Below, one piece after another: positions 1 to 7,343 of a stretch of 25,768 nucleotides of DNA. The notes below the pieces were generated by a model. That model was given only the letters and a program-made list of their open reading frames with translations. It was not told where the DNA came from and searched no databases. The DNA comes from Pseudomonadota bacterium. GTDB taxonomy: Bacteria > Bdellovibrionota_B > Oligoflexia > Oligoflexales > RGVZ01. Position numbers and translations under genes: made by a program. The stretch spans positions 1-25,768 of the forward strand of contig JBEGVZ010000096.1 of the NCBI GenBank assembly GCA_041178085.1, in the 5' to 3' direction. How positions within the stretch are numbered: position 1 is the first letter of the stretch; each line of letters starts with the position of its first letter.

Positions 1-2
1 AC

Positions 3-932
3 AGCCTGAAGCTGGCACGGATCGCACGTGACCTGACGGACGTTCCCTATGTCATCTTCTGTGGCGTCCACTTCATGGCAGAGACGGCCGATATCCTCAC
101 CGGAAAACATCAACAAGTATCCTTGCCCGACCTTCAGGCGGGCTGCGACATGGCGGACATGGCAGAGACGTGGGACGTGCAGGCAGCCTGGGATGAGGCT
201 GTTGCAGCCGACGCCGGAAAAATCGTGCCCGTAACCTATATCAACTCCAAGGCAAGCCTGAAGGCATTCGTCGGAAAAAATGGCGGAACCATCTGCACCA
301 GTGGCAACGCGCGACAGGTGATCCAATGGGCTCTTGAACGCGGTGAGCACCTCTTCTTCTTTCCGGACCAGCACCTTGGGCGGAACATCTGCAAGACGAT
401 GGGGCTGAACCCCGAGACCGACATGCTGCTTTGGGACCCGAAACGCCCCCTGGGCGGCCACACCCCGGAGAAAATCCGCAGCACACGGGTCTGGCTGTGG
501 CAGGGACACTGCCCTGTCCACGCTCTATTCACACTGCATCAGATCAAGAAACTCCGCGCCGAGAAACCAGCTACGCGGATCATCGTTCACCCGGAGTGTG
601 CGATGGAAGTGGTCGATGCATCTGACTTGTCTGGCTCCACCGAACAGATCATCCGCGCGATCGAGGAGTCGCCAGCCGGCACCAGCTGGGCGGTGGGCAC
701 GGAAAAACACCTGGTGGAAAGGCTTGCCGCGAACCACCCAGACAAGGAAGTCTTGAGCCTCAACCCCTTCACTTGCCTTTGCGGAACCATGAACCGCATC
801 AGCGCAAGGCATCTTGCATGGGTCCTTGAGGATCTCGTCGCCGGACGTGAACTTAGAAATCAGATCACTGTTGAAGAGGAGGCCGCAGAGTTCTCGCGCC
901 TCGCCCTTGACCGCATGTTCAACCTGCACTGA
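3..932 (+). CDS. nadA: Quinolinate synthase NadA (5'-truncated by window edge)
   Basis: The frame is open from position 3 (SLKLAR...VIFCGVHFMAETADIL). NadA motifs AGCDMADM, YINS, WQGHCPVH, HPEC, GTE and CLCGTMN include three [4Fe-4S] Cys candidates. The ATG at 75 is internal. Confidence 0.96.
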   Translation, partial: SLKLARIARDLTDVPYVIFCGVHFMAETADILTGKHQQVSLPDLQAGCDMADMAETWDVQAAWDEAVAADAGKIVPVTYINSKASLKAFVGKNGGTICTSGNARQVIQWALERGEHLFFFPDQHLGRNICKTMGLNPETDMLLWDPKRPLGGHTPEKIRSTRVWLWQGHCPVHALFTLHQIKKLRAEKPATRIIVHPECAMEVVDASDLSGSTEQIIRAIEESPAGTSWAVGTEKHLVERLAANHPDKEVLSLNPFTCLCGTMNRISARHLAWVLEDLVAGRELRNQITVEEEAAEFSRLALDRMFNLH

Positions 933-946
933 ACTGGCAAAAAACC

Positions 947-2122
947 GTGTCGATCTACCTGGACCATTGCGGAACCACGCCTCTTGCAAGGCCGGTGCGC
1001 GATGCGATGGTCGCTTTTATGGACAGCGGAAAATTTGCCAATCCCGCAGCCCATCATCACGATGCCGGCAAGGCGGCATGGCACGAAGTTGAAGAAGCCC
1101 GCAGCGTGGTGGCAAATGCGATCCACGCCAAGACCGCATGGGTATCATTCACGGGCAGTGCGAGCGAAGCAAACAACATCATCATCCATGGCTTCGCGCG
1201 CAGGCATCCACGCTGTCGAATCCTGGTCGGCGCAACGGAACACAAATCGGTCCTTGACCCGGCACTGGACCTACGTGGTCAGCCCGGCTGCGAAGTAGAA
1301 GTTATCCCCGTCGAAAGCAAGACAGGTTGCATAGACCTTGCGGCACTTGAATCGTCCCTTGCCAGTAACCAGGAAAACCTCCCGACCCTTGTTGCCATCA
1401 TGTGGTGCAACAACGAAATCCCGGCGCGCAATCCAGTGGAGGAAATCGCCCGGCTGTGTACCCATCACCGGGCCTTTTTCCACTGCGATTCCGTCCAAGG
1501 CATTGTCCGCGAAGCTGTGGATGTCACGACCCTTGCCCGGGCCGGCCTTTCTTCGATGATCTTTGCGCCGCACAAGATCTATGGCCCCAAGGGAATCGGA
1601 GTGCTGGTCATCCCGGAGCGGGAACCCATGCTTCGCATTGACGCGCCATTTCAAGGCGGCGAACAGGAAAAACGTTTGCGCCCTGGAACCCTCAACACAC
1701 TGGCCATTGTGGGAACAGGTGTGGCAGTAGACCTGCATGCAAGGCGACGGAATGAACTCGTTGAGCACCTGCGCCAATGTGACGAAGCTTTTATCTACGC
1801 CATGCGCACTTCCACCCGGGGGTTCCATCTCACAGTTTCCGAAACCACTTCGTGCCCTGGAATCGTAAACTTCTACATCGATGGGGTGGATGCCGAAAGT
1901 CTGGTGCATACACTCGCCAGCGATGTGTGTGTCAACCGGGGTGCAAGCTGTTCCGGCGCTGGCGGCGAAAAGGCGCGGCATGTTCCGACTGCCCTTGGCC
2001 TCCCGGTAGAAATTGCCGCCAATGTCATCCGCGTCAGTTTCGGCTTCGGAAACTCCCTGGAGGATGCCAGGGTCGCTGCAAGTCATATCGCGGCAATCGC
2101 ACGCAATGGTCATCCACATTGA
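947..2122 (+). CDS. PLP-dependent cysteine desulfurase (NifS/IscS family), divergent
   Basis: GTG start 14 nt after nadA. Motifs YLDHCGTTP, TEHKSV, HCDSVQ, PHKIYGPKGIG (PLP Lys), RPGTLN, GASCSG (catalytic Cys) and IRVSFG. Confidence 0.92.
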   Translation: MSIYLDHCGTTPLARPVRDAMVAFMDSGKFANPAAHHHDAGKAAWHEVEEARSVVANAIHAKTAWVSFTGSASEANNIIIHGFARRHPRCRILVGATEHKSVLDPALDLRGQPGCEVEVIPVESKTGCIDLAALESSLASNQENLPTLVAIMWCNNEIPARNPVEEIARLCTHHRAFFHCDSVQGIVREAVDVTTLARAGLSSMIFAPHKIYGPKGIGVLVIPEREPMLRIDAPFQGGEQEKRLRPGTLNTLAIVGTGVAVDLHARRRNELVEHLRQCDEAFIYAMRTSTRGFHLTVSETTSCPGIVNFYIDGVDAESLVHTLASDVCVNRGASCSGAGGEKARHVPTALGLPVEIAANVIRVSFGFGNSLEDARVAASHIAAIARNGHPH

Positions 2123-3339
2123 AAAAAAGATTCATCAGTTCTGGCGCTGTCGCTTTCCTGATCGCTGCCGCGGTCAACGCATCTTCGCTGCTGGCTGCGG
2201 ACCGGTTTTGTGAGGAATTTGATGAGTGCAGGAAAGTCTTTTTGGGGGCTGGAAATGCCGTTTCAGGAACGGGCGTTTCAACGCTAGAGATTCCAACCAG
2301 CCTTCCACGTTCGACGCTGCCCATAGATCTACTCGAAGTGCCTGCGACAAAATCGCGCGACAACCTGGTGATCATAAGCTCTGGCCTTCACGGGCCGGAG
2401 GCGTTCACCGGGTCAACCATGCAAAGCATTTTCCTGCAACGGATCCTTCCAGAGCTTGACCGGACAAAGACGACCTTCCTCTTGGTCCATATCATCAATC
2501 CCTGGGGAGCACTGACCGGGCGGCGCGTCACCGAAAACAACGTAGACTTGAACCGCAACTTTGCTGAAGCCCCTGCAGTCTACCTGGGCACCAATCCTTA
2601 CTATGGTGCCATCAATGGTTTTCTCAATCCGGATTCCCCTGCCCAGGCTGGTTTCTTCGAGCAGGCAAGTTTTATGTTGAAGGTGGCAAAGCTCATGCTG
2701 CGCCATTCCACGCGCCACATTCGTCACGCAACGCTGCGTGGGCAGTATCAGTATCCGCGGGGAATTTACTTCGGCGGGACGAGCCCGGAGCCGGTGACGA
2801 CGAGCCTGACGAAGGAACTGACTGCCCAGATCAAAAAAACATCGGGAAGGGTTCTAGTCATCGACCTTCACACCGGGTACGGACGCAAAGGTTTCATGCA
2901 CGCAATGCCGAATCCGCTGCCGGCTGCTGCACCACTTGTTGTCGAAAGGTCACGTCAGATGCTGGCTGACACCATGGGAGAATATCCCCTTGAAGACGTG
3001 GAACACGACGCTGACTTCTATCCATCCACTGGAGATTTCTCTGCCAGAGTCACGCAGATTGCCATGTCCACTGGACTTCCGTCAGTGCCGCTCCTTCTTG
3101 AATTCGGGACCATGGACTCCCAAACGTTGAGAGGATCTGTGACCAGCCTCCGGCGTGTCATTCAGGAAAACCGCCTGCACTGGCACGGGGCGGTGAGTGC
3201 CGCTGACAAAGCTGAAATCGAAAGGGATTTCCACGAGCTCTTCCTACCCAGGGACGAGAAGTGGCGGTCGTCCGTAATCGCCCAGTTTGAGCAGCACACT
3301 GCAGGGTTCATCAGGCGATTTCAGGCCGCGAAAGACTGA
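2119..3339 (+). CDS. Secreted M14-like zinc metallopeptidase (DUF2817 type)
   Basis: TTG at 2119 overlaps the desulfurase stop (TTGA). Signal peptide MKKRFISSGAVAFLIAAAVNA. Motifs SGLHGPE (HxxE), RRVTENNVDLNRNF, IDLHTGYG and LEFGT. The ORF-track start at 1852 is an over-extension. Confidence 0.85.
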   Translation: MKKRFISSGAVAFLIAAAVNASSLLAADRFCEEFDECRKVFLGAGNAVSGTGVSTLEIPTSLPRSTLPIDLLEVPATKSRDNLVIISSGLHGPEAFTGSTMQSIFLQRILPELDRTKTTFLLVHIINPWGALTGRRVTENNVDLNRNFAEAPAVYLGTNPYYGAINGFLNPDSPAQAGFFEQASFMLKVAKLMLRHSTRHIRHATLRGQYQYPRGIYFGGTSPEPVTTSLTKELTAQIKKTSGRVLVIDLHTGYGRKGFMHAMPNPLPAAAPLVVERSRQMLADTMGEYPLEDVEHDADFYPSTGDFSARVTQIAMSTGLPSVPLLLEFGTMDSQTLRGSVTSLRRVIQENRLHWHGAVSAADKAEIERDFHELFLPRDEKWRSSVIAQFEQHTAGFIRRFQAAKD

Positions 3340-3411
3340 ACAGACAAGCGCACCTTTCTATTTGATGAAATCCAGTTGATGGGAATTTCACAGGGAAGGT
3401 ATCAATCACGC

Positions 3412-3879
3412 TCACGCGAGAAACTTGTCTAAAGACATCCTGCCTTGAGCCTGAACTTTTGACTTCAGAACGCCAGACCACCCGAAGAAAAAACCGACCG
3501 GACCCAAGGCCTGGGCCGACCACCACCAGAAGCTGAATCGATCCGTGTGTTGATGAATCAACCCATCCCGAATCTCCAGAGTCGCCTGGACGATGTTGTG
3601 GACATGGCGGCCCGTGGTAGCGAAGGTATAATGTGCATCCCACCGGACTGTGACGGACTGCCCTTCGACCTTGAGCACTTCGTAGTCGACTTTCAAATCG
3701 GGTGCACGTTTACATAGCATTTGCCACATTGCTCTCGCGTCGCGGCCGACCAACCCTGGAAATATCGGATCGCTGAATGAGATGTCATCTGAGTAGAGGG
3801 AAGCCATGCGGTCACCGTCATGGCTGGTGAATGCATCGTAAAAGGCCCTGGCGACGTCTTCGGGTGTTTTTTCCTGCAT
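3412..3879 (-). CDS. SnoaL-like / NTF2-family protein
   Basis: 155 aa with the pattern ARAFYDAF..HDGDRMASLYSDDISFSDP..., VRWDAHYTF..TGRHVHN and GLIHQHTDRF. Confidence 0.88.
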   Translation of the reverse strand: MQEKTPEDVARAFYDAFTSHDGDRMASLYSDDISFSDPIFPGLVGRDARAMWQMLCKRAPDLKVDYEVLKVEGQSVTVRWDAHYTFATTGRHVHNIVQATLEIRDGLIHQHTDRFSFWWWSAQALGPVGFFFGWSGVLKSKVQAQGRMSLDKFLA

Positions 3880-3945
3880 ATCGGCCTTCCTGTCCCGCTA
3901 ACGAAGCAAATGACCGGTCTTGTTTTGAATATTCGACGGGAAATT

Positions 3946-3977
3946 GGTGGGGGAGGCCTCCTTCCGGAGGCCCCACC
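3946..3977 (-). terminator. GC-rich stem-loop 3' of the flagellin pair (terminator or 3' stabiliser)
   Basis: Minus strand reads GGGGCCTCC-GGAA-GGAGGCCTC (GNRA loop), extendable, just after the flagellin stop. The U-tract is weak (AATTT). Confidence 0.6.
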
Positions 3978-3985
3978 CCGTTTGA

Positions 3986-4903
3986 TTAACGAAGCAGTTG
4001 CAATGCAAACTCAGAGCTGGTGTTTGCCTGGGCCAGAACCGAGATGCCGGCTTGCATCAGGATCTTGCTGGTGGCAAAACGAGCCGTCTCAGTCGCATAG
4101 TCAACGTCACGGATGCGGCTCATGGCTGCACTCAAGTTCTCGTTGGAGATCTCGATGTTCGTGATCGTCGAGTTCAAGCGGGACTGAACGGAACCAAGAG
4201 TAGCGCGGTAGGAAGCGATCGAGTTCAACACGGTGTCCATCCGGTTGAACAGGTCACCCGTACCGGCCGGGCCAAGTTCCTGCGCGCCGCCATCACCGTC
4301 CGGAACGATCGAGATCGCATCCTCTGTGATCCTGGCGAGGGCTTCGTTCAGCTGCGCAACTTCCTCCGTGTTGATCGTCAACACATCCGGGTCCGTTTCC
4401 GGGTCGACGTCTGGCGGGTTTCCGGCCTCATCGCTGGCACGATTGGACGCACCGACGAAGAGCTGGATCGGCTTACTCCCGTCCGCCTTGAGGAGCTTGG
4501 AGCCGTTGAACTCGGTCGAGTCCACGATCCGCGCGACTTCCTGGCGGAGTTGCTGGAACTCCTTGTCAAGGAACGATCGCTCACGGTTACCGACCGTGTC
4601 AGACGCAGCCTGCGCGGCAAGCTCACGCATGCGGACGATGATGTTGGTGGTTTCATTGAGACCACCTTCAGCCACCTGCAGGTAACTGATACCATCGTTT
4701 GCGTTTCGCTTGGCGACATCCAAGCTCTTCGTGCGGGCCCGGATACTTTCCGATACCGCAAGACCTGCGGCATCATCCGCAGACCGGTTGATCCTCTGGC
4801 CGGATGACATCCGCTCCAGGGATTCGCCCAACGCACGACGGTTTTCCGTCAGCCTGCGTTGGGCCACCAATGATTCGACGTTACTTTTAATCCTTAAACC
4901 CAT
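3986..4903 (-). CDS. fliC: Flagellin (short, 305 aa)
   Basis: Flagellin N-terminal domain (ERMSSGQRINRSADDAAGLAVSE, RMRELAAQA) and C-terminal domain (RATLGSVQSRL, SRIRDVDYATE, LAQAN). RBS AAGGAGG at 4912-4918. Confidence 0.97.
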   Translation of the reverse strand: MGLRIKSNVESLVAQRRLTENRRALGESLERMSSGQRINRSADDAAGLAVSESIRARTKSLDVAKRNANDGISYLQVAEGGLNETTNIIVRMRELAAQAASDTVGNRERSFLDKEFQQLRQEVARIVDSTEFNGSKLLKADGSKPIQLFVGASNRASDEAGNPPDVDPETDPDVLTINTEEVAQLNEALARITEDAISIVPDGDGGAQELGPAGTGDLFNRMDTVLNSIASYRATLGSVQSRLNSTITNIEISNENLSAAMSRIRDVDYATETARFATSKILMQAGISVLAQANTSSEFALQLLR

Positions 4904-4910
4904 GGTCGTA

Positions 4911-4952
4911 GCCTCCTTGGCAAGCCAGCACCTGCTGCCTTGCAGTTGTTAA
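4911..4952 (-). promoter_or_regulatory. Flagellin leader motif copy 1: UUAACAAC + interrupted hairpin + GGA-loop SD hairpin (CsrA-like)
   Basis: Minus strand: TTAACAAC-T-GCAAG(G)CAGC-AGGT-GCTG(G)CTTGC, overlapping GCC-AAGGA-GGC, which contains the SD. Confidence 0.55.
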
Positions 4953-5009
4953 AAAGGTCCATCTTTTCCCGCACACTCACTCACAGAAACCACCGTCGCT
5001 GCACGGAGA

Positions 5010-5891
5010 TCAGCTCCGCAGCAGAGCCAGCGCCTGTTCCGGAGCCGCATTCGCCTGGGCAAGCACGGAGAGGCCTGCCTGGGTGAGAATGCGGTTCTGG
5101 GTGTAGCGCGCTGATTCTGCCGCGATGTCGACATCCTTGATGCGGCTGCGGGCGGTTTCCATGTTCTCGATGTTCACGCCAAGACCGTTGATCGCAGAAT
5201 TCAAACGACTCTGGATGGAACCAAGCGTTGCACGCTCAGATGCGATCCGGTCGAGAGCACTGTCGATCGTGTTGAGTCTTGCGGAAATTTCGTCCCGGGC
5301 TGGTGCCGAGCCACCGAGTTCGGCGGGGCCGATCTCAGCGCCCTTGCCAAGTCCCAGGGTTTCCGAGTTGAACTTGAGACCTTCCAGGCCAATTCGAATG
5401 GTGTCGATGTTCGCATCCGGAGCCGTGCCGTTGGTGCCGACCTGGATCACGAACTGATCTTGTTCGTTGTTCACGTCGAAGATCTTGGTTCCGTTGAACT
5501 CGGTCGATGCACCGATCCGGTCCAGTTCGTCCACGAGCTGGGTATATTCGCGGTTGAGGTAGCCCCTCTCGCGATCACCGATCGTATCTGTGGAAGCCTG
5601 CACGGATAGTTCGCGCAAACGCACCAGAATGTTGGTCATCTCGTTCATGCCACCTTCGGCGACCTGAACCAGGGAGACAGCATCGTTGGCGTTACGTTGC
5701 GCGACGTTGAGGCCGCGGACTTTTCCACGCAGACTCTCAGAAATGGCAAGGCCGGCTGCGTCGTCAGCGGATTTGTTGATCCGGTAACCGGATGACAACT
5801 TTTCCATGCTGCTTTGCAACTGGGCGTTGCTGTCTGTGAGGAACCGTTGCGCGGTGAGACTCGAGACGTTTGTCCTGATACGCATTCCCAT
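5010..5891 (-). CDS. fliC: Flagellin (short, 293 aa)
   Basis: ATG at 5891 with RBS AAGGAGG at 5899-5905. Motifs MGMRIRTNV, EKLSSGYRINKSADDAAGLAISE, RATLGSIQSRL and SRIKDVDIAAE. Confidence 0.97.
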   Translation of the reverse strand: MGMRIRTNVSSLTAQRFLTDSNAQLQSSMEKLSSGYRINKSADDAAGLAISESLRGKVRGLNVAQRNANDAVSLVQVAEGGMNEMTNILVRLRELSVQASTDTIGDRERGYLNREYTQLVDELDRIGASTEFNGTKIFDVNNEQDQFVIQVGTNGTAPDANIDTIRIGLEGLKFNSETLGLGKGAEIGPAELGGSAPARDEISARLNTIDSALDRIASERATLGSIQSRLNSAINGLGVNIENMETARSRIKDVDIAAESARYTQNRILTQAGLSVLAQANAAPEQALALLRS

Positions 5892-5895
5892 AAAA

Positions 5896-5942
5896 AATCC
5901 TCCTTGATTCGCCCGGGGCCAAACCTTGGTCCCGGTTGTTAA
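5896..5942 (-). promoter_or_regulatory. Flagellin leader motif copy 2: UUAACAAC + interrupted hairpin + GGA-loop SD hairpin (CsrA-like)
   Basis: Minus strand: TTAACAA-CCGGG(A)CCAA-GGT-TTGG(C)CCCGG, then AATC-AAGGAG-GATT, which contains the SD. Confidence 0.55.
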
Positions 5943-5974
5943 GCGCAAGCTTCACCCTGAAACTTGCAGGGGGT

Positions 5975-6001
5975 CTTTCGTGGTTTTTGTGAAAAGCTTT
6001 A
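5975..6001 (-). promoter_or_regulatory. Candidate sigma-28 (FliA) promoter for the flagellin pair
   Basis: Minus strand TAAAGCTT-N11-CACGAAAG versus consensus TAAAGTTT-N11-GCCGATAA: -35 matches 7/8, spacing is exact and the CGA core of -10 is kept. An A/T tract (TTTTGCAAAA, 6008-6017) lies just upstream. Confidence 0.6.
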
Positions 6002-6065
6002 GAAGTTTTTTGCAAAACGATAAAAAACGGGTAGGTTGCCAGTGTTCACGGACGGTTGGACAAGA

Positions 6066-7109
6066 ATGCCCAGTAAATTTGAGCACTTGAAAAATTTGAT
6101 CGAGGCGAAAATCCGGGATTTTCCCCTGCCAGAACGGCAGGTTATGGTCTCATGTTCCGGGGGTGTTGATTCCACAGCACTTTTTTGGGCTTTTTTGGAA
6201 CTTTTCCAAGCCGGAAAAATTTTTTCCCTGAGACTTTTCCACTTCAATTTTGGTCTGCGGGGGAGCGAATCCGACGGTGATGAGGAGTTTTGCCATAGAC
6301 TTTCCCGGGACACAGGCGTCCCCCTGATTGCTATGCGAGCCACAGTAGAGGAACGGGAAACCCGCTCTGGCCAAGGGATCCAGGAGTGGGCCCGGCGACT
6401 GCGCCGGGAAGCGGTCGCCAGCGCAGCGAAGCAAGGCGAATGGATCGCCCTGGCCCATCATGCGGACGACGCAGCCGAGACGACGCTTATGCGCATCATG
6501 CGTGGCACGTCTCCAGCTGGCATGCAAGGGATGGCCGAATGGATGCGGACCCACACTGACGGTAGTGCAAAGGAGGTTGTCTATTTTCGGCCGTGGTTAG
6601 AGGCGGACAAGGAAGACATTCTCACTGCCGCAAGTGAACGGAGCATCCTCTTCCGTGAGGACTCCACCAATGCAACCCTGGATTACGCGAGAAATGTCGT
6701 CAGGCACCGCGTTTTGCCGGAACTCCTGCGTCTTTGGCCAGCGGGCCGCCAAAAACTAAGAGACCTTGCAGCTGATGCTGCGGGCCTCTACCAGTACGCA
6801 CTTAGCTCTGCCTTGAGGGATTCTGACTGCCACTGCCAGGGCAAGCTCGCTAACTGTGTTAGACAGAAGTTGGTCGGCCTTCCTGATTCTGTGGCCATGG
6901 CCGTCCTGTCACACATGGTCCAAAAGACCGCGGGCGAAGACCATCGTCAGCTGTCCAGGGCCAACTTGAAGTTGATTCTGGATGCCGCCCGCAAGCCGGC
7001 CGCCCAAGAACCTGGCGGGGTCGCCACGAAATTCACCCTCGAAATCGCCCGCGGGATCTTTGTCGAGGTCGCCGGTGACGCTGTGCGTTCTTTTCCCGGT
7101 CCTGCCTGA
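6066..7109 (+). CDS. tilS: tRNA(Ile)-lysidine synthase TilS (short form, apparently without the distal C-terminal domain)
   Basis: PP-loop SGGVDS, HFNFGLRG, AHHADDAAET, RPWL and EDSTN...YARNVVRH. It lies upstream of ftsH as usual. Start is ATG 6066 (alternative TTG 6036). Confidence 0.93.
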   Translation: MPSKFEHLKNLIEAKIRDFPLPERQVMVSCSGGVDSTALFWAFLELFQAGKIFSLRLFHFNFGLRGSESDGDEEFCHRLSRDTGVPLIAMRATVEERETRSGQGIQEWARRLRREAVASAAKQGEWIALAHHADDAAETTLMRIMRGTSPAGMQGMAEWMRTHTDGSAKEVVYFRPWLEADKEDILTAASERSILFREDSTNATLDYARNVVRHRVLPELLRLWPAGRQKLRDLAADAAGLYQYALSSALRDSDCHCQGKLANCVRQKLVGLPDSVAMAVLSHMVQKTAGEDHRQLSRANLKLILDAARKPAAQEPGGVATKFTLEIARGIFVEVAGDAVRSFPGPA

Positions 7110-7145
7110 AAAACGATCACGGCGCCGGCAATTATTGCCGGTCGA

Positions 7146-7175
7146 TTCACCTGTTCGCGGCAGCAGGGCTATGAT
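7146..7175 (+). promoter_or_regulatory. Candidate sigma-70-type promoter of the ftsH operon
   Basis: TTCACC-N18-TATGAT in the tilS-ftsH gap. The implied start (~7182) coincides with the first hairpin of a structured leader. Confidence 0.4.
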
Positions 7176-7343
7176 CAATAGAGGCCCGACGGCAAACCTT
7201 GAACGATTGGGCCAGTTGTTTAGTCAGAACCGGACTCCAATTGCGTATTTGGCGCGGTTCTGCAACAACTTCAAAGGTAGAAAACACTGGATTTACCGGT
7301 CTCTCCACAGGGGCAGGCGGGACAGATCCCGCGGAGGCACAAC

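Noticed and set aside
1852..2118. N-terminal extension of the 495-aa ORF
   Set aside because: It overlaps the desulfurase gene. The signal peptide and TTGA coupling point to a start at 2119.
947..2122. Desulfurase as DndA of a phosphorothioate system
   Set aside because: No dnd/ssp genes are nearby, and the nadA context explains it.
3353..3400. Long imperfect hairpin between convergent genes
   Set aside because: The pairing is AT-rich and irregular with no U-tract. At most it is an mRNA-end structure.
3998..4807. 269-aa plus-strand ORF antisense to flagellin
   Set aside because: Shadow ORF arising from codon bias, with no recognisable motifs.
7191..7213. GGCAAACC resembling the start of a c-di-GMP-I riboswitch
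   Set aside because: It lacks the GNRA tetraloop, the downstream GACGCAAA segment and the receptor stem.
7249..7264. TTGGCGCGGTTCTGCA sigma-54-like site upstream of ftsH
   Set aside because: GG-to-GC spacing is 9 nt rather than the required 10, and the bases are explained by the leader hairpin.
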